A DNA stretch of 64,000 bases from Deltaproteobacteria bacterium (GCA_033763315.1 JANRKS010000002.1:480001-544000); one strand, 5' to 3'; numbered from the stretch's first letter, positions 1 to 10,051 are shown. Numbers and translations: made by a program. Notes: a model not told the origin generated them from the letters alone.

Positions 1-988
1 CATCACCGCTGATCCGGCAATGCTGCGGATTTTCACGTACCTCGAGGCCGCGTCGAAGGGCTTTCAACCAGTGTTGATCTCGGGCGAGACAGGCACCGGC
101 AAAGAATTGATGGCGCGAGCGCTGCATGAGTCAAGTGGTCGCAAGGGCCCGTTCGTGGCGGTTAACGTTGCCGGCCTTGATGACGAGATGTTTTCCGACA
201 CCTTGTTCGGCCACGTCCCGGGCGCGTTCACCGGCGCCGTGGGAACCCGGAAGGGTATGATCGAAGCGGCCGCCGCAGGCACGTTGTTCCTCGATGAAAT
301 TGGTGATTTGTCGGAAGCGTCGCAGGTGAAGTTGCTGCGTGTTCTGCAAGAGCGCGAGTACCAGCCGCTGGGCGCCGACGTTCTAAAGCCAATGCGCGCG
401 CGGGTCGTGGCGGCCACGAATCGTGCCGCTTCGTCGTTGCGCTCCGACTTGTATTACCGCCTGCGGAGCTACCACATCACGATCCCGCCGTTGCGTGAGC
501 GGGCGGGTGATCTGCGCACATTGCTGGATCACTTCATCCGACTGGCGGCCGAAGACTTGGGCATTGCGGTGCCGGCGTGCCCGCCCGGCTTGCCCGAATT
601 GCTCGATACATATCGGTTCCCGGGCAACATTCGCGAACTGCAAGCGATGGTGTTTCATGCGGTGGCGCAGCAGCGGGGCGGGCAGCTTTTCTTGTCCGCG
701 TTCGAGGAGGCGATGGACCCAGGACAGCGCCGCACGATCCTGCCCGCGCAGCCAGCGCCACCACCTGCGCGCGACCACACGGATGCGATGATGACGTCGC
801 CACCCCGCGAACATGACCTCATCCTTCAGCCCGATGACATTGAACGGCTGGAGCGCGAAAACATCATGCGCGCCCTGGAGAAGACACAATGGAAAGTGGC
901 GGGCAACCAGGGCGCCGCGGCCTTGCTGGGGCTGCGTCCAAGCACCTTGGCTTCCAAGATGAAGAAGATGGGCATCGGACGGGCCTAA
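1..988 (+). CDS. Sigma-54-dependent enhancer-binding transcriptional activator (5'-truncated by window edge), FhlA/HyfR-like C-terminal HTH
   Basis: Walker A GETGTGKE, intact GAFTGA loop, Walker B LFLDEIGD, RVVAATN, DLYYRL, FPGNIREL; C-terminal HTH WKVAG..GAAALLGLRPSTLASKMKKMGI. Frame is open to the window edge. Confidence 0.95.
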   Translation, partial: ITADPAMLRIFTYLEAASKGFQPVLISGETGTGKELMARALHESSGRKGPFVAVNVAGLDDEMFSDTLFGHVPGAFTGAVGTRKGMIEAAAAGTLFLDEIGDLSEASQVKLLRVLQEREYQPLGADVLKPMRARVVAATNRAASSLRSDLYYRLRSYHITIPPLRERAGDLRTLLDHFIRLAAEDLGIAVPACPPGLPELLDTYRFPGNIRELQAMVFHAVAQQRGGQLFLSAFEEAMDPGQRRTILPAQPAPPPARDHTDAMMTSPPREHDLILQPDDIERLERENIMRALEKTQWKVAGNQGAAALLGLRPSTLASKMKKMGIGRA

Positions 989-990
989 GA

Positions 991-1137
991 GGCACGCCAA
1001 CCTGCGGGGTTGCCAGTCCGAGGAGGGCGACCTATCTGAACAAGAACTGCAGTTCAGGGGTCGAGGACGGAGGCAACGGGTGGGTCTTTTTTGTCTTCTC
1101 GGGGGATAAATCTGGTACCCCCGCAGGTCGGTGCACA
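991..1137 (-). ncRNA. Putative sigma-54-dependent structured small RNA (unassigned family)
   Basis: Starts ~12 nt downstream of a canonical -24/-12 box. The 5' end (1134-1112) pairs with the 3' end (1016-992), with a G-U wobble only on the minus strand. Internal hairpin 1028-1063; no ATG on this strand. Confidence 0.6.
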
Positions 1138-1147
1138 ATGACTTCTT

Positions 1148-1164
1148 AGCAACCGGCGTGCCGA
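1148..1164 (-). promoter_or_regulatory. Sigma-54 (-24/-12) promoter
   Basis: Minus strand reads TCGGCACGCCGGTTGCT, giving GG-N10-GC and matching the TGGCACG-N4-TTGCW consensus. Confidence 0.8.
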
Positions 1165-1180
1165 AAAGGTTGCATCGTGT

Positions 1181-1193
1181 TTTCAACCACTTA
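1181..1193. promoter_or_regulatory. Putative IHF binding site
   Basis: TTTCAACCACTTA vs WATCAANNNNTTR (1 mismatch), about 45-57 bp upstream of the predicted sigma-54 start, the usual IHF position. Confidence 0.5.
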
Positions 1194-1216
1194 ACATCCT
1201 GACGCGGTTGCCACCG

Positions 1217-1273
1217 CCACGAATTTTCGTGGATTCACGGAAGTACGCGCTCAGACCCCGCGAAACTCCGTCT
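1217..1273. promoter_or_regulatory. Putative upstream activator sequences for an enhancer-binding protein
   Basis: Near-perfect palindrome CCACGAATTTTCGTGG (1217-1232), plus degenerate copies TCACGGAAGTACGCGC (1235-1250) and CCGCGAAACTCCGTCT (1258-1273), at about -80 to -135. Confidence 0.45.
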
Positions 1274-1307
1274 CCTTGGTTTCTGGTAAGGTTCACAAGC
1301 TCGCGTC

Positions 1308-2045
1308 ATGACGAAATTCAGCGTCAACCTAAATAAGTTTGCCTTGCTGCGTAATTCGCGGGGCCACAATAACCCCGATGTATTGGCCATCGCCCAACGC
1401 TGCGTGACCCGGGGCGTGCATGGGCTAACGGTGCACCCCAGGCCGGACGAGCGACACACACGCTTTGCTGACGTGGCGGCGTTGGCGGCCTTCGTAAAGA
1501 CGCAATCCGGGGTGGAATTTAACGTCGAGGGGTATCCCACGCCCGCGTTTTTGGAGCTGGTGCTGACGACCAAGCCCGACCAGTGCACTTTGGTGCCCGA
1601 TGAACCGGGGCAGTTGACGTCGGACCACGGCTGGGACGCGGTTGCGAAAGCCGAGCAAATCAAGGACGCGGTGAGGACACTGCAGCGGGGTGGCGTTCGC
1701 GTCAGCGTGTTCTTGGACCCGGTGCTAGCGCAAGTGGAGGCCGTGAAGGCCACCGGCACCGATCGCATCGAGCTTTACACAGAGCCGTACGCACGCGCGT
1801 TCGGTCAGCGCGGGCAGGCGGCGGAGCTGGCAAGGTTCGCCGCTGCGGCGAAACACGCAATGGCGCTGGGTATCGGGGTCAACGCCGGTCACGACCTGAA
1901 CCAGGCAAACCTAGGGTCGTTCCTGGACGCCGTTCCGGGCGTGCTTGAGGTCTCGATCGGCCACGCGGTGGTTTGCGAATCCTTCGACCATGGCCTTGAA
2001 GCCACGTTGGACGCGTATTTAGCGATCGTAAACGCCCGCGCTTAA
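1308..2045 (+). CDS. pdxJ: Pyridoxine 5'-phosphate synthase
   Basis: SVNLNKFALLRNSR, GLTVHPRPDERH, FNVEG, TLVPD, TSDHGW, IELYT, NAGHDL, EVSIGH motifs; 245 aa. Confidence 0.96.
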   Translation: MTKFSVNLNKFALLRNSRGHNNPDVLAIAQRCVTRGVHGLTVHPRPDERHTRFADVAALAAFVKTQSGVEFNVEGYPTPAFLELVLTTKPDQCTLVPDEPGQLTSDHGWDAVAKAEQIKDAVRTLQRGGVRVSVFLDPVLAQVEAVKATGTDRIELYTEPYARAFGQRGQAAELARFAAAAKHAMALGIGVNAGHDLNQANLGSFLDAVPGVLEVSIGHAVVCESFDHGLEATLDAYLAIVNARA

Positions 2046-3595
2046 GGCGCGTGGCGAGCCAGGGGCAATTCAAGGGCATCGGCCAACGCCAAGCAGCTGG
2101 CCTCGATGATGTTTTGCGAGACGCCGATGGTGCTCCACCTCTGGTTGCCCATGCCCGTCTCGATCAATACGCGCGTGCTGGCACCCGTGGCGCGCTCGGG
2201 GTCCAAGATGCGCACCTTAAAGTCAACCAAGTGAACCGCCGCAAGGGCGGGGTAAAGCGGATCCAGGGCCTTGTGAAACGCACGATCAAGCGCGTGCACG
2301 GGCCCGGTGCCTTCGGCCACGGTGTGCACTGTTTCGGTGCCCACGCGCAATTTAACCGTGGCTTCAGAAAACATCTCACTGCCGCGGCGTTGTTCCGAGA
2401 TCGCCACCACGTCCAACAGTTCAAAGGGCGCTTGATACCCTGGGCGAAGCTTGCGCACGATGAGCTCGAACGAGCCCTCGGCGGCCTCAAATTGATAGCC
2501 GCGGTTTTCAAGCTCTTTGATGCGCGCCAACACATCCTTCTCGTTGCCACCCAGGTCAGCGCCGATTTCAGCGGCGCGCATCCGCACGTTGCCGCGGCCC
2601 GAAAGCTCCGAAACAACGATCTTGCGGCTGTTGCCCACCTGTTCGGGATTTAGGTGTTCGTAGCTGTGGGTGATCTTTTCCACGGCGGCCACGTGCGCGC
2701 CGCCTTTGTGTGCGAAGGCCGAGCGACCCACATACGGCGCGTGGGCGCGAGGCCTGATGTTGGCGATTTCGGACACCGTGCGGGACAGCTCTGTGAGCTT
2801 GGCCAGCGCTTCGTCAGGCACGCACCTATAGCCCATCTTCAGCTGCAGGGCGGGAATGATGGAGATAAGGTTGGCGTTGCCACAACGTTCGCCCCATCCG
2901 TTCATGGTGCCTTGCACTTGCGTGCACCCAGCCTCAACGGCGGCCAACGCGTTGGCCACGGCGCAGTCTGTATCGTTGTGCGTGTGGATGCCGAGCGGCG
3001 TGCCCAGATGGGCCTTCACGTACGACACCACTTTCGAGATGAAGGTGGGCAAACTGCCGCCGTTGGTGTCGCAAAGTGTGAGCCAGTCGGCCCCGGCTTC
3101 GGCGGCGGCTGCCAAAGCTGCCAAAGCGTACGCGCGATCGGCTTTGTAGCCGTCGAAGAAGTGTTCGGCGTCGTAGATCACCTCTTTGCCAGCCGCTTTC
3201 AGGAACGCCACGCTGCTGCGGATCATCGCGAGGTTTTCGTCGAGGGTGGTGCGCAGGACTTCTGTGACGTGCAGTGGCCAGGATTTGCCATAGATGCACA
3301 CAGCGGGCGTGTGAGCTTGCACCAGCGCTTGCAGGTTCGGATCGGCGGCCGCCTCAATGCCGGCGCGGCGGGTGCTGCCAAACGCCGTGAGTTTCGTTTG
3401 CTGCAACGGCAGCGCGCGCACGCGCTCGAAGTATTCAACGTCTTTAGGGTTCGAGCCCGGATAACCGCCTTCAACGAACGCGATGCCGAACGCGTCGAGA
3501 AGCTTCGTGATCTTGAGCTTGTCCTCCAACGACAGGCTCAACCCTTCGCTTTGGGTGCCATCACGCAAAGTGGTATCGAACAAATGAATTTGCAT
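2042..3595 (-). CDS. cimA: Citramalate synthase (LeuA/CimA DRE-TIM family)
   Basis: DTTLRDGTQ, EGGYPGSNPKD, YDAEHFFDG, LCDTNGG, HTHND, GERCGN, AHKGG and C-terminal regulatory domain. Confidence 0.9.
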   Translation of the reverse strand: MQIHLFDTTLRDGTQSEGLSLSLEDKLKITKLLDAFGIAFVEGGYPGSNPKDVEYFERVRALPLQQTKLTAFGSTRRAGIEAAADPNLQALVQAHTPAVCIYGKSWPLHVTEVLRTTLDENLAMIRSSVAFLKAAGKEVIYDAEHFFDGYKADRAYALAALAAAAEAGADWLTLCDTNGGSLPTFISKVVSYVKAHLGTPLGIHTHNDTDCAVANALAAVEAGCTQVQGTMNGWGERCGNANLISIIPALQLKMGYRCVPDEALAKLTELSRTVSEIANIRPRAHAPYVGRSAFAHKGGAHVAAVEKITHSYEHLNPEQVGNSRKIVVSELSGRGNVRMRAAEIGADLGGNEKDVLARIKELENRGYQFEAAEGSFELIVRKLRPGYQAPFELLDVVAISEQRRGSEMFSEATVKLRVGTETVHTVAEGTGPVHALDRAFHKALDPLYPALAAVHLVDFKVRILDPERATGASTRVLIETGMGNQRWSTIGVSQNIIEASCLALADALELPLARHAP

Positions 3596-3618
3596 GACGG
3601 CCCCGGCAGTCGTGACGT

Positions 3619-4956
3619 TTATGGTTGATCCAAAATGCGGCGAACGGCGTCGCGCACGTCGTTGTAGCTGTTGGGCAGCATGATGGGCTCGTTCGCAAAC
3701 TTCGGATCCGCCACCGCGCCCAAGCGACGTTCATGGTACGCCACTTTGAAATCCGTGAACTTCAATCCGTTGGCTGTGCTGATCACCACCACCGATTGAT
3801 CTTTGCGAATGAGCCCACGTGCCACAAGTTTTTCAAGTGCGGCCAAAGCCACGCCGGTGTGAGGGCAACAGAACATACCCGTGCGATCGGCGCGTGCGGC
3901 CGCGTCGGCCAGTTCGGCTTCGGAGGCTTGCTCCACCACGCCATCAAATTGTTTGAGTGCGCGGATCGCTTTGTCGCGGCTGATCGGGTTGCCGATCTGG
4001 ATCGCGGACGCCAAGGTGGTCTTGGGCACCATCGATTCGAATTTCTCGTAGCCGGATAAATACGACTGATAAAGTGGATTTGCGTGCTCGGCTTGTGCCA
4101 CGCAAATGCGCGGCATTTTGTTGATGATGCCGAGCTCCTTCATGAGGTTAAAGCCCGCGCCCAACGCGCTGACGTTGCCCAAGTTGCCGCCGGGTATGAT
4201 GAGCCAATCGGGCACCTTCCACTCGAACTGCTGGCAGATCTCGATGCCCACGGTCTTTTGCCCCTCAAGGCGCAGCGAGTTCATGCTGTTGGCAAGGTAC
4301 ACGCCTTCTTCGGCCGCCAACCTTTGCACCACGGCCATGCAATCGTCGAAGTTGCCGTCGAGGGCCAGCACCTTGGCGCCGTTGGCCAGCGGTTGCACAA
4401 GCTGCGCGGTGGAAATCTTTCCATGCGGCAAGATCACCAATGATCGCACACCGGCGGCGGCGCAATAGGCGGCCAGTGCCGCGGAGGTGTCGCCCGTGGA
4501 GGCGCACGCCACGGCCGAAACATTTTTGCCGTCGGCCATCATCTGTTTGACCACCGACACGAGCACGGTCATGCCTAGGTCCTTAAACGATCCCGTGTGG
4601 GAGTTACCGCAGAGTTTGATCCACAGATCTTCGACGCCGATCTGGCTGCCGTAGCGCTGGGCCCAAAACAGGTTCGATCCGCCTTCGTACATCGAGACCA
4701 CGTTCTCGTCGCGGATGCCGGGGTGCACCCACTCGCGCTTGCCCCACACGCCCGACCCAAACGGCCATTCGGTGCCCAGGTATCGAGACTCGAACAGCTT
4801 CATCCACTGCCAGGCGCTGCGCTGTTTGAGCGCTTCGGTGTCGTGCCGCACTTCCAGCAATCCATTGCAGGTGGGGCAGCGGTAAATCACTTCGTCGAGC
4901 GCCCATTCTCCGGCACAACCAGAGGAACATTTGAATACGGCGCGAAATGGCTTCAT
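3619..4956 (-). CDS. thrC: Threonine synthase (plant-type clade, N-terminal CxxxC/CxxC)
   Basis: HTGSFKD PLP lysine, [29 protein letters not shown]; start placed at ATG 4956 (MKPFRAVF). Confidence 0.95.
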   Translation of the reverse strand: MKPFRAVFKCSSGCAGEWALDEVIYRCPTCNGLLEVRHDTEALKQRSAWQWMKLFESRYLGTEWPFGSGVWGKREWVHPGIRDENVVSMYEGGSNLFWAQRYGSQIGVEDLWIKLCGNSHTGSFKDLGMTVLVSVVKQMMADGKNVSAVACASTGDTSAALAAYCAAAGVRSLVILPHGKISTAQLVQPLANGAKVLALDGNFDDCMAVVQRLAAEEGVYLANSMNSLRLEGQKTVGIEICQQFEWKVPDWLIIPGGNLGNVSALGAGFNLMKELGIINKMPRICVAQAEHANPLYQSYLSGYEKFESMVPKTTLASAIQIGNPISRDKAIRALKQFDGVVEQASEAELADAAARADRTGMFCCPHTGVALAALEKLVARGLIRKDQSVVVISTANGLKFTDFKVAYHERRLGAVADPKFANEPIMLPNSYNDVRDAVRRILDQP

Positions 4957-5163
4957 GGGGCGCCAATTTACCTTAAAAAATCGCCCGGCAAGGGGTGTGG
5001 CGAAATTCCGTGGCAGATCTGTGGCCAAATCCTGCAAATGGCGGTGGGGGGGCTGCCTGTTCCGCAAAGCTCCCGCAAACAAGCGCACGGGCCTTGGGTG
5101 CAGGACTCGCAAGCGAGCGAAAAACCAAGTACTGTAGCCGCCCCGCGCAGGCGGCAAACGGTC

Positions 5164-7737
5164 ATGCCACGCCAGAAAAACAGCCAAGCCCCAGAAGTTT
5201 TCAAGTTCGGCGGCGCCTCTTTGGGCGATGCCGCGGCTTACAAACACGCAGCCACCATCGTGAAAGCCTGCACCTCGCCCTTGGCGGTGGTGTGCTCGGC
5301 GCCGGCCGGTGTGACCGACGCGCTGTTGGCGGTGGCCAAAGCCGCCAAGGACGGTGACAAGACGGCCGTGGACGCGGCCAACGTGGCTTTGGCGCAGAAG
5401 TTCCACACAATCGTTAAGGGCGCGCTGGCTGACGCCGCGGCCCGCAAGAAACTGCAAGCCATCATCGACGCCTCCCTGCAAGAGCTGGCGTCACTGGCCA
5501 CAGGTTTGCTGGTGTTGCGCGAGCTCACGCCACGCACGAGCGATTTGGTGGTCTCGCGCGGCGAGCGGCTCTCTGCACGCGTGTTCGAGGCGGTGCTCAA
5601 CAGCGCGGGCGTCAAGGCGCAATACATCGAGCCCACCGAGATCATCGTCACGCACGGCCCTTTTGGCGGCGCCGCCCCCGATCTCGACGCCAGCGACAAG
5701 GAAACCCGTAAACGCTTGTTGCCAGTGCTGGCGTCGGGCGTGGTTGCCGTGGTGCCTGGGTTCTTGGGTGCGATGGTTGACGACGCGGGCCAGCCCGTTG
5801 GCACGGTGACGTTGGGCCGTGGCGGCTCTGATCTGACGGCCACCTTGCTCGGTCGGTCCTTGGGCGCGCAGCGTGTTTCACTGTGGAAAGATGTGCCAGG
5901 CCTGTTGACCGCGGATCCGCGCGTGGTCAGCGATGCCCGCGTGGTGCCACAACTCAACGTGCGCGAAGCCGCGGAACTGGCCTATTACGGCGCCAAGGTC
6001 CTGCACCCGCGCGCCCTGATTCCTGTCACAGGCAAAGACATCCCCGTGCACGTGCGGCCCTTCGGCAATCCCGAGTCGCTCGGCACGGAAATCTCGGCCC
6101 GTCACACGCTGGATAAGTATCCCGTCAAAGCTTTGTCAGCGGCGACGGGCCAAGCCCTTGTGTCCGTGGCGGGCCGCGGGTTATTGGGCGTGCCAGGCGT
6201 GGCTGCGCGGACGTTCGCCACGCTTTCCGATCACGGTTTGTCGGTGTCGTTGATTTCGCAGTCGTCGTCCGAGCAAACGATTTGTTTTACCGTTCCAGAA
6301 AACGAAGCCAAGGCGGCGCAGAAGTGTCTGCAGAAGGCATTCGCTGCAGAGATCGCCAGCCGCTATGTGGACGGCGTTGCGGTGCAAGCTGGAATGGCCA
6401 CCGTGGCGGTGGTGGGCCTGGGTATGGCCGGCCAGCCTGGCATCGCCGCCCGCGTGTTCGGTGCCATGGCAGGGGCTGGCATCAACATCGTGGCGATTGC
6501 GCAGGGGTCATCCGAGCTCAACATCTCGTTCGTCGTGTCACAGGCACAAGCGGGTGACGCGCAACGGGCGATTCACGATACGTTTCAGCTGTCGAAGATC
6601 GGCGGCGGGTCTGTGCGTGAGACCGACCATGTGGACGTCGTCTTGTTGGGCTTTGGGCAGATCGGCCGCACGCTGGCCGCGCTCATTGCCAAGAGCGCTA
6701 AGAACGGCAAGAGCGGCCGAAAAAAGCCCGCGGGCCGCGGCGCGGATGTGAGCCGCCTGCGCGTTGTGGGGGCTGTGGATCGTTCGGGTTTCGTGTTCAG
6801 CGCTGACGGGTTGACCTCCACACAGGTGGCCGAGCTGGCAAAACTAAAAGCGGAAGGCCGCTCTTTCGCAAACGCGCCCAAGGGCCACAAGGGCTCGCCG
6901 CTTGATGCGGTTCACTATTTCGCCAAGCACGCCTTGTCGCGTCCGGTGCTTGTGGACGTGACGGCTCATGACACCACCGCCGTGTTGATGGCGGGCGTGC
7001 AGGCCGGCATGGACATCGTGCTTGCCAACAAGCGGCCCATGTCGTCGAAGACATCAGAGCACAACGCGCTTCGCGCAGCCGTGAAGAGCGGGGGCCGACA
7101 GCTGCGGTTTGAGGCCACCGTTGGGGCTGGTTTGCCCATCCTGGACACGTACCGGAAGCTGGCCGAGTCTGGCGACAAGGTGTTGCGCATCGAGGGCTGT
7201 GTATCGGGCACCCTCGGCTATCTGTTGACCGCCGTGGGCCAAGGCAAATCGTTCTCGGAGGCCGTCAAAGAAGCGATGGCCAAAGGCTACACCGAACCCG
7301 ATCCGCGCGATGATCTGTCGGGCGCCGACGTGGGACGTAAAGCGCTCATTCTGGGGCGCTTGCTCGGTTTTGCGGGTGAGCCTGACGACGTGGTGGTGGA
7401 AAGCTTGGTGCCAGCCGAAGCCAGGAAGCTAAGCAAAGAAGCGTTTGTGGAAAAGCTGCCGAGCTGGGACGCCGAGTGGACCAAGCGCGTCGAAGCCGCT
7501 AGGGCGCAAGGCGCCGTCCTGCGCTACGTGGCCACCGTTACAGCAAAGAAGATCAGCGTGGGGTTGCGCAAAGTGCCGCGTGGCACGCCGTTCGCGTCGC
7601 TCGAAGGCACCGACAACCAAATAGCGTTTACCACCACCCGTTACCGCAGCCCGCTTGTTATCACGGGAGCTGGGGCCGGCCTCGAGGTGACGGCGGGTGG
7701 CGTTCTAAATGATTTGCTCGACCTCACCGGCGCCTAA
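5164..7737 (+). CDS. thrA: Bifunctional aspartate kinase / homoserine dehydrogenase
   Basis: [21 protein letters not shown], two ACT domains (SQSSSE, AQGSSE), [37 protein letters not shown]; start at ATG 5164. Confidence 0.95.
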   Translation: MPRQKNSQAPEVFKFGGASLGDAAAYKHAATIVKACTSPLAVVCSAPAGVTDALLAVAKAAKDGDKTAVDAANVALAQKFHTIVKGALADAAARKKLQAIIDASLQELASLATGLLVLRELTPRTSDLVVSRGERLSARVFEAVLNSAGVKAQYIEPTEIIVTHGPFGGAAPDLDASDKETRKRLLPVLASGVVAVVPGFLGAMVDDAGQPVGTVTLGRGGSDLTATLLGRSLGAQRVSLWKDVPGLLTADPRVVSDARVVPQLNVREAAELAYYGAKVLHPRALIPVTGKDIPVHVRPFGNPESLGTEISARHTLDKYPVKALSAATGQALVSVAGRGLLGVPGVAARTFATLSDHGLSVSLISQSSSEQTICFTVPENEAKAAQKCLQKAFAAEIASRYVDGVAVQAGMATVAVVGLGMAGQPGIAARVFGAMAGAGINIVAIAQGSSELNISFVVSQAQAGDAQRAIHDTFQLSKIGGGSVRETDHVDVVLLGFGQIGRTLAALIAKSAKNGKSGRKKPAGRGADVSRLRVVGAVDRSGFVFSADGLTSTQVAELAKLKAEGRSFANAPKGHKGSPLDAVHYFAKHALSRPVLVDVTAHDTTAVLMAGVQAGMDIVLANKRPMSSKTSEHNALRAAVKSGGRQLRFEATVGAGLPILDTYRKLAESGDKVLRIEGCVSGTLGYLLTAVGQGKSFSEAVKEAMAKGYTEPDPRDDLSGADVGRKALILGRLLGFAGEPDDVVVESLVPAEARKLSKEAFVEKLPSWDAEWTKRVEAARAQGAVLRYVATVTAKKISVGLRKVPRGTPFASLEGTDNQIAFTTTRYRSPLVITGAGAGLEVTAGGVLNDLLDLTGA

Positions 7738-7796
7738 GACGGTAACCTTTTCCCAATCCGATGACAGCGGGCTGACTGTTTACTAAGTTCCTGGGA

Positions 7797-8621
7797 GTGA
7801 ACACGCTGGTTGGGTTGGGGGCGGCTATCGGAGGAATCACAGATCTGCTTTCGGCGGAAGCCATCATTGCGTTGGCAACCTTGACCGCCTTGGAGATCGT
7901 GCTTGGCATCGACAACATCGTCTTCATTGCCATCTTGGTTGGCAAGTTGCCGCCCGAGCGGCAAGAGAAGGCCCGCCGCCTCGGTTTAGGCCTGGCCATG
8001 GGTGTGCGCATCCTCTTGCTGCTGACCATCAGTTGGATCATGCAGCTCACCAAGCCGTGGTTCTGGATTCCAGCGGTGTGGACGGGGGCGGAAGGCGACG
8101 CTTTGGGGATCTCGGGTCGCGATGTGATTTTGCTTGTGGGCGGCATCTTCCTCATCGGCAAGTCGACCTACGAGATCCACGAACGTCTAGAAGGCGCAGC
8201 GGATCATGCTGACGAGCGCCCCAAGGCGCGCGCCTCGTTCAACAGCGTGCTCATTCAGATCCTGTTGCTCGACATCGTGTTTTCGTTGGATTCCGTGATT
8301 ACCGCCGTGGGCATGGTGGAAACCCATCCCGAACACATGTGGAAGGGGCTCGCGGTGATGATCGCGGCTGTCATGATCGCGGTTGGCGTGATGTTGCTGG
8401 CAGCCGGGCGTGTGAGTGCGTTCGTCGAAACGCACCCGACCCTCAAGGTTTTGGCGTTGTCTTTCTTGCTGCTGATTGGCGTGATGTTGGTGGTGGAGGG
8501 GGTTCATCAGCACATACCCAAGGGCTATATCTACTTCGCCATGGCATTTTCGCTCTTGGTCGAGATGGTCAACATTCGGGCCCACCGTAAACATCGCACT
8601 GACGCAACGTCTGTGCCCTAA
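7797..8621 (+). CDS. TerC family membrane protein
   Basis: LEIVLGIDN, GGIFLIGKS, DIVFSLDSVITAVG, HPTLK, KGYIYFAM motifs; multiple TM helices. Confidence 0.93.
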   Translation: MNTLVGLGAAIGGITDLLSAEAIIALATLTALEIVLGIDNIVFIAILVGKLPPERQEKARRLGLGLAMGVRILLLLTISWIMQLTKPWFWIPAVWTGAEGDALGISGRDVILLVGGIFLIGKSTYEIHERLEGAADHADERPKARASFNSVLIQILLLDIVFSLDSVITAVGMVETHPEHMWKGLAVMIAAVMIAVGVMLLAAGRVSAFVETHPTLKVLALSFLLLIGVMLVVEGVHQHIPKGYIYFAMAFSLLVEMVNIRAHRKHRTDATSVP

Positions 8622-8734
8622 CACGAGATTCCGCGACAGTGGGGCGGCCCCCGGGGCTTTCGCGCACGGCTGGCCGAAAAGGGGCTCATTGGGGTTGATG
8701 CCAAACGGTTGGCCGTGGTAGGCAAGCCGGTCCC

Positions 8735-10048
8735 TTGGGCAGCGATATCGCAAAGAAAGTGGTCATTCTCGGTGGCGGCTTAACCGGAATCTCGGCGGCC
8801 ATGCACTTGCGCCTGCCGTGGGTGTTATTTGAAAAGGAGGCACGCCTGGGTGGCCACGCGCGCACCGACGAACGCCAAGGTTATCTGTTCGATAAGACCG
8901 GCCATTGGCTTCACCTGCGTGACCCGGCGGTGAAGAAATTGGTGGCCGACGTGCTGCCCGACCAAATGCAATCGGTGCAGCGCGTGGCGCGTGTTTTCTC
9001 CAATGGCGTCCTCACGCGGTACCCGTTTCAAGCCAACTTGCACGGTTTGCCCCCCGATGTGATTCACGAGTGCTTGATGGGCGTCATCGAAGCCAAGCTC
9101 AAAGGCGACGTGGGTGATGAGCCACGCGACTTCGAGGACTACTGCTTGCGCCACTTCGGTGCCGGCATCTCGAAGCACTTCATGATTCCCTACAACGAAC
9201 GTTTGTGGGGTGTCTCGCCCAAAGACATCACAGCGGCATGGTGCTCGCGCTTTGTGCCGTTACCCAACTTGGAGCAAATCGTGGCGGGGGCTGTGGGCGC
9301 AGGCCCAGGCGAGATGGGCTACAACGTGAGTTTCGTGTACCCCAAGCACGGCGGCATCGAGACGTTCACCAAGGCGCTGATCAGCCGCGTGGATCCTGCG
9401 GGCGTCAACATGGGCACAAGCCCTGACGTCATCGATTACGAAAAGCGCGAGATTGAAGTGGGTGGCGAGCGTATTCCCTACCGCGCGTTGGTGGCCACCA
9501 TACCGCTGCCGGAATTGCTCAAGCGCATGCCCAACTTGCCGCCTGAAATCGAAAAGCATGCGGCCAATTTACGCTGCACGACGTTGCAGTATCTGAACCT
9601 GGCCACGCGCAAGAAGAGCCCCGCGGATTGGCATTGGATCTATGTGCCAGAAAAGAAGTACCCGTTTTACCGGGTGGGTATCTTTACCAACGCGATGCCG
9701 AGTATGGCCCCAAGCGGTACGTCGTCGTTTTATGTGGAGCTGGCCGATCGCGCGGCGATCACGGACATCAACGCGGTCACACGGCAGTGCGCGCAGGGTT
9801 TGGTGGAAGCGGGCGCACTGACATCAACGGACGACGTGTTGTTCGCAGATCCGAAAGAGATCAAGTACGCGTACGTGATCTTCGATCACAACTATTATCC
9901 GGCCACCACAGCCATTTTTCGCTTCCTTGAATCGCACGGCATTTACCCGCGCGGCCGCTATGGCGCGTGGACCTATAACGCCATGGAAGACTGCGTGATC
10001 GCGGGCCGCGAAGTTGCGGCCACCATTGAAGCTGCCTACGGAGATTAA
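8735..10048 (+). CDS. FAD-dependent oxidoreductase, resembling eukaryote-type UDP-galactopyranose mutase
   Basis: GGGLTG..EK..RLGG Rossmann fold, FDKTGHWLH, YPFQAN, PYNERLWG, WIYVPE..PFYR, RGRYGAWTY. Confidence 0.75.
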   Translation: MGSDIAKKVVILGGGLTGISAAMHLRLPWVLFEKEARLGGHARTDERQGYLFDKTGHWLHLRDPAVKKLVADVLPDQMQSVQRVARVFSNGVLTRYPFQANLHGLPPDVIHECLMGVIEAKLKGDVGDEPRDFEDYCLRHFGAGISKHFMIPYNERLWGVSPKDITAAWCSRFVPLPNLEQIVAGAVGAGPGEMGYNVSFVYPKHGGIETFTKALISRVDPAGVNMGTSPDVIDYEKREIEVGGERIPYRALVATIPLPELLKRMPNLPPEIEKHAANLRCTTLQYLNLATRKKSPADWHWIYVPEKKYPFYRVGIFTNAMPSMAPSGTSSFYVELADRAAITDINAVTRQCAQGLVEAGALTSTDDVLFADPKEIKYAYVIFDHNYYPATTAIFRFLESHGIYPRGRYGAWTYNAMEDCVIAGREVAATIEAAYGD

Positions 10049-10051
10049 AAA

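Noticed and set aside
990-1005. Plus-strand sigma-54 promoter AGGCACGCCAACCTGC
   Set aside because: GG-to-GC spacing is 11 rather than the strictly required 10.
991-1136. 6S RNA, guanidine-I (ykkC) riboswitch or HDV-like ribozyme identity for the structured RNA
   Set aside because: Only fragments match (CUGAAC..GUUCAG; GUCCGAG and GGGGGAUAAA; CCUCCUCG..GGCAAC). The full consensus, topology and usual gene context are missing, so I left it unassigned pending cmscan.
383-1186. 267-aa minus-strand ORF spanning the sRNA
   Set aside because: It starts upstream of the sigma-54 promoter, lies antisense to the activator gene and has no protein-like motifs.
4597-5481. Apparent overlapping N-terminal extensions of thrA and thrC (likewise the aminotransferase, hppD and GT-C genes)
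   Set aside because: ORF-caller artefacts; homology begins at downstream ATGs, leaving normal intergenic gaps.
7738-7800. yybP-ykoY Mn riboswitch before terC
   Set aside because: The gap is only about 60 nt and lacks the GGGGAGUA...GAGACC core.
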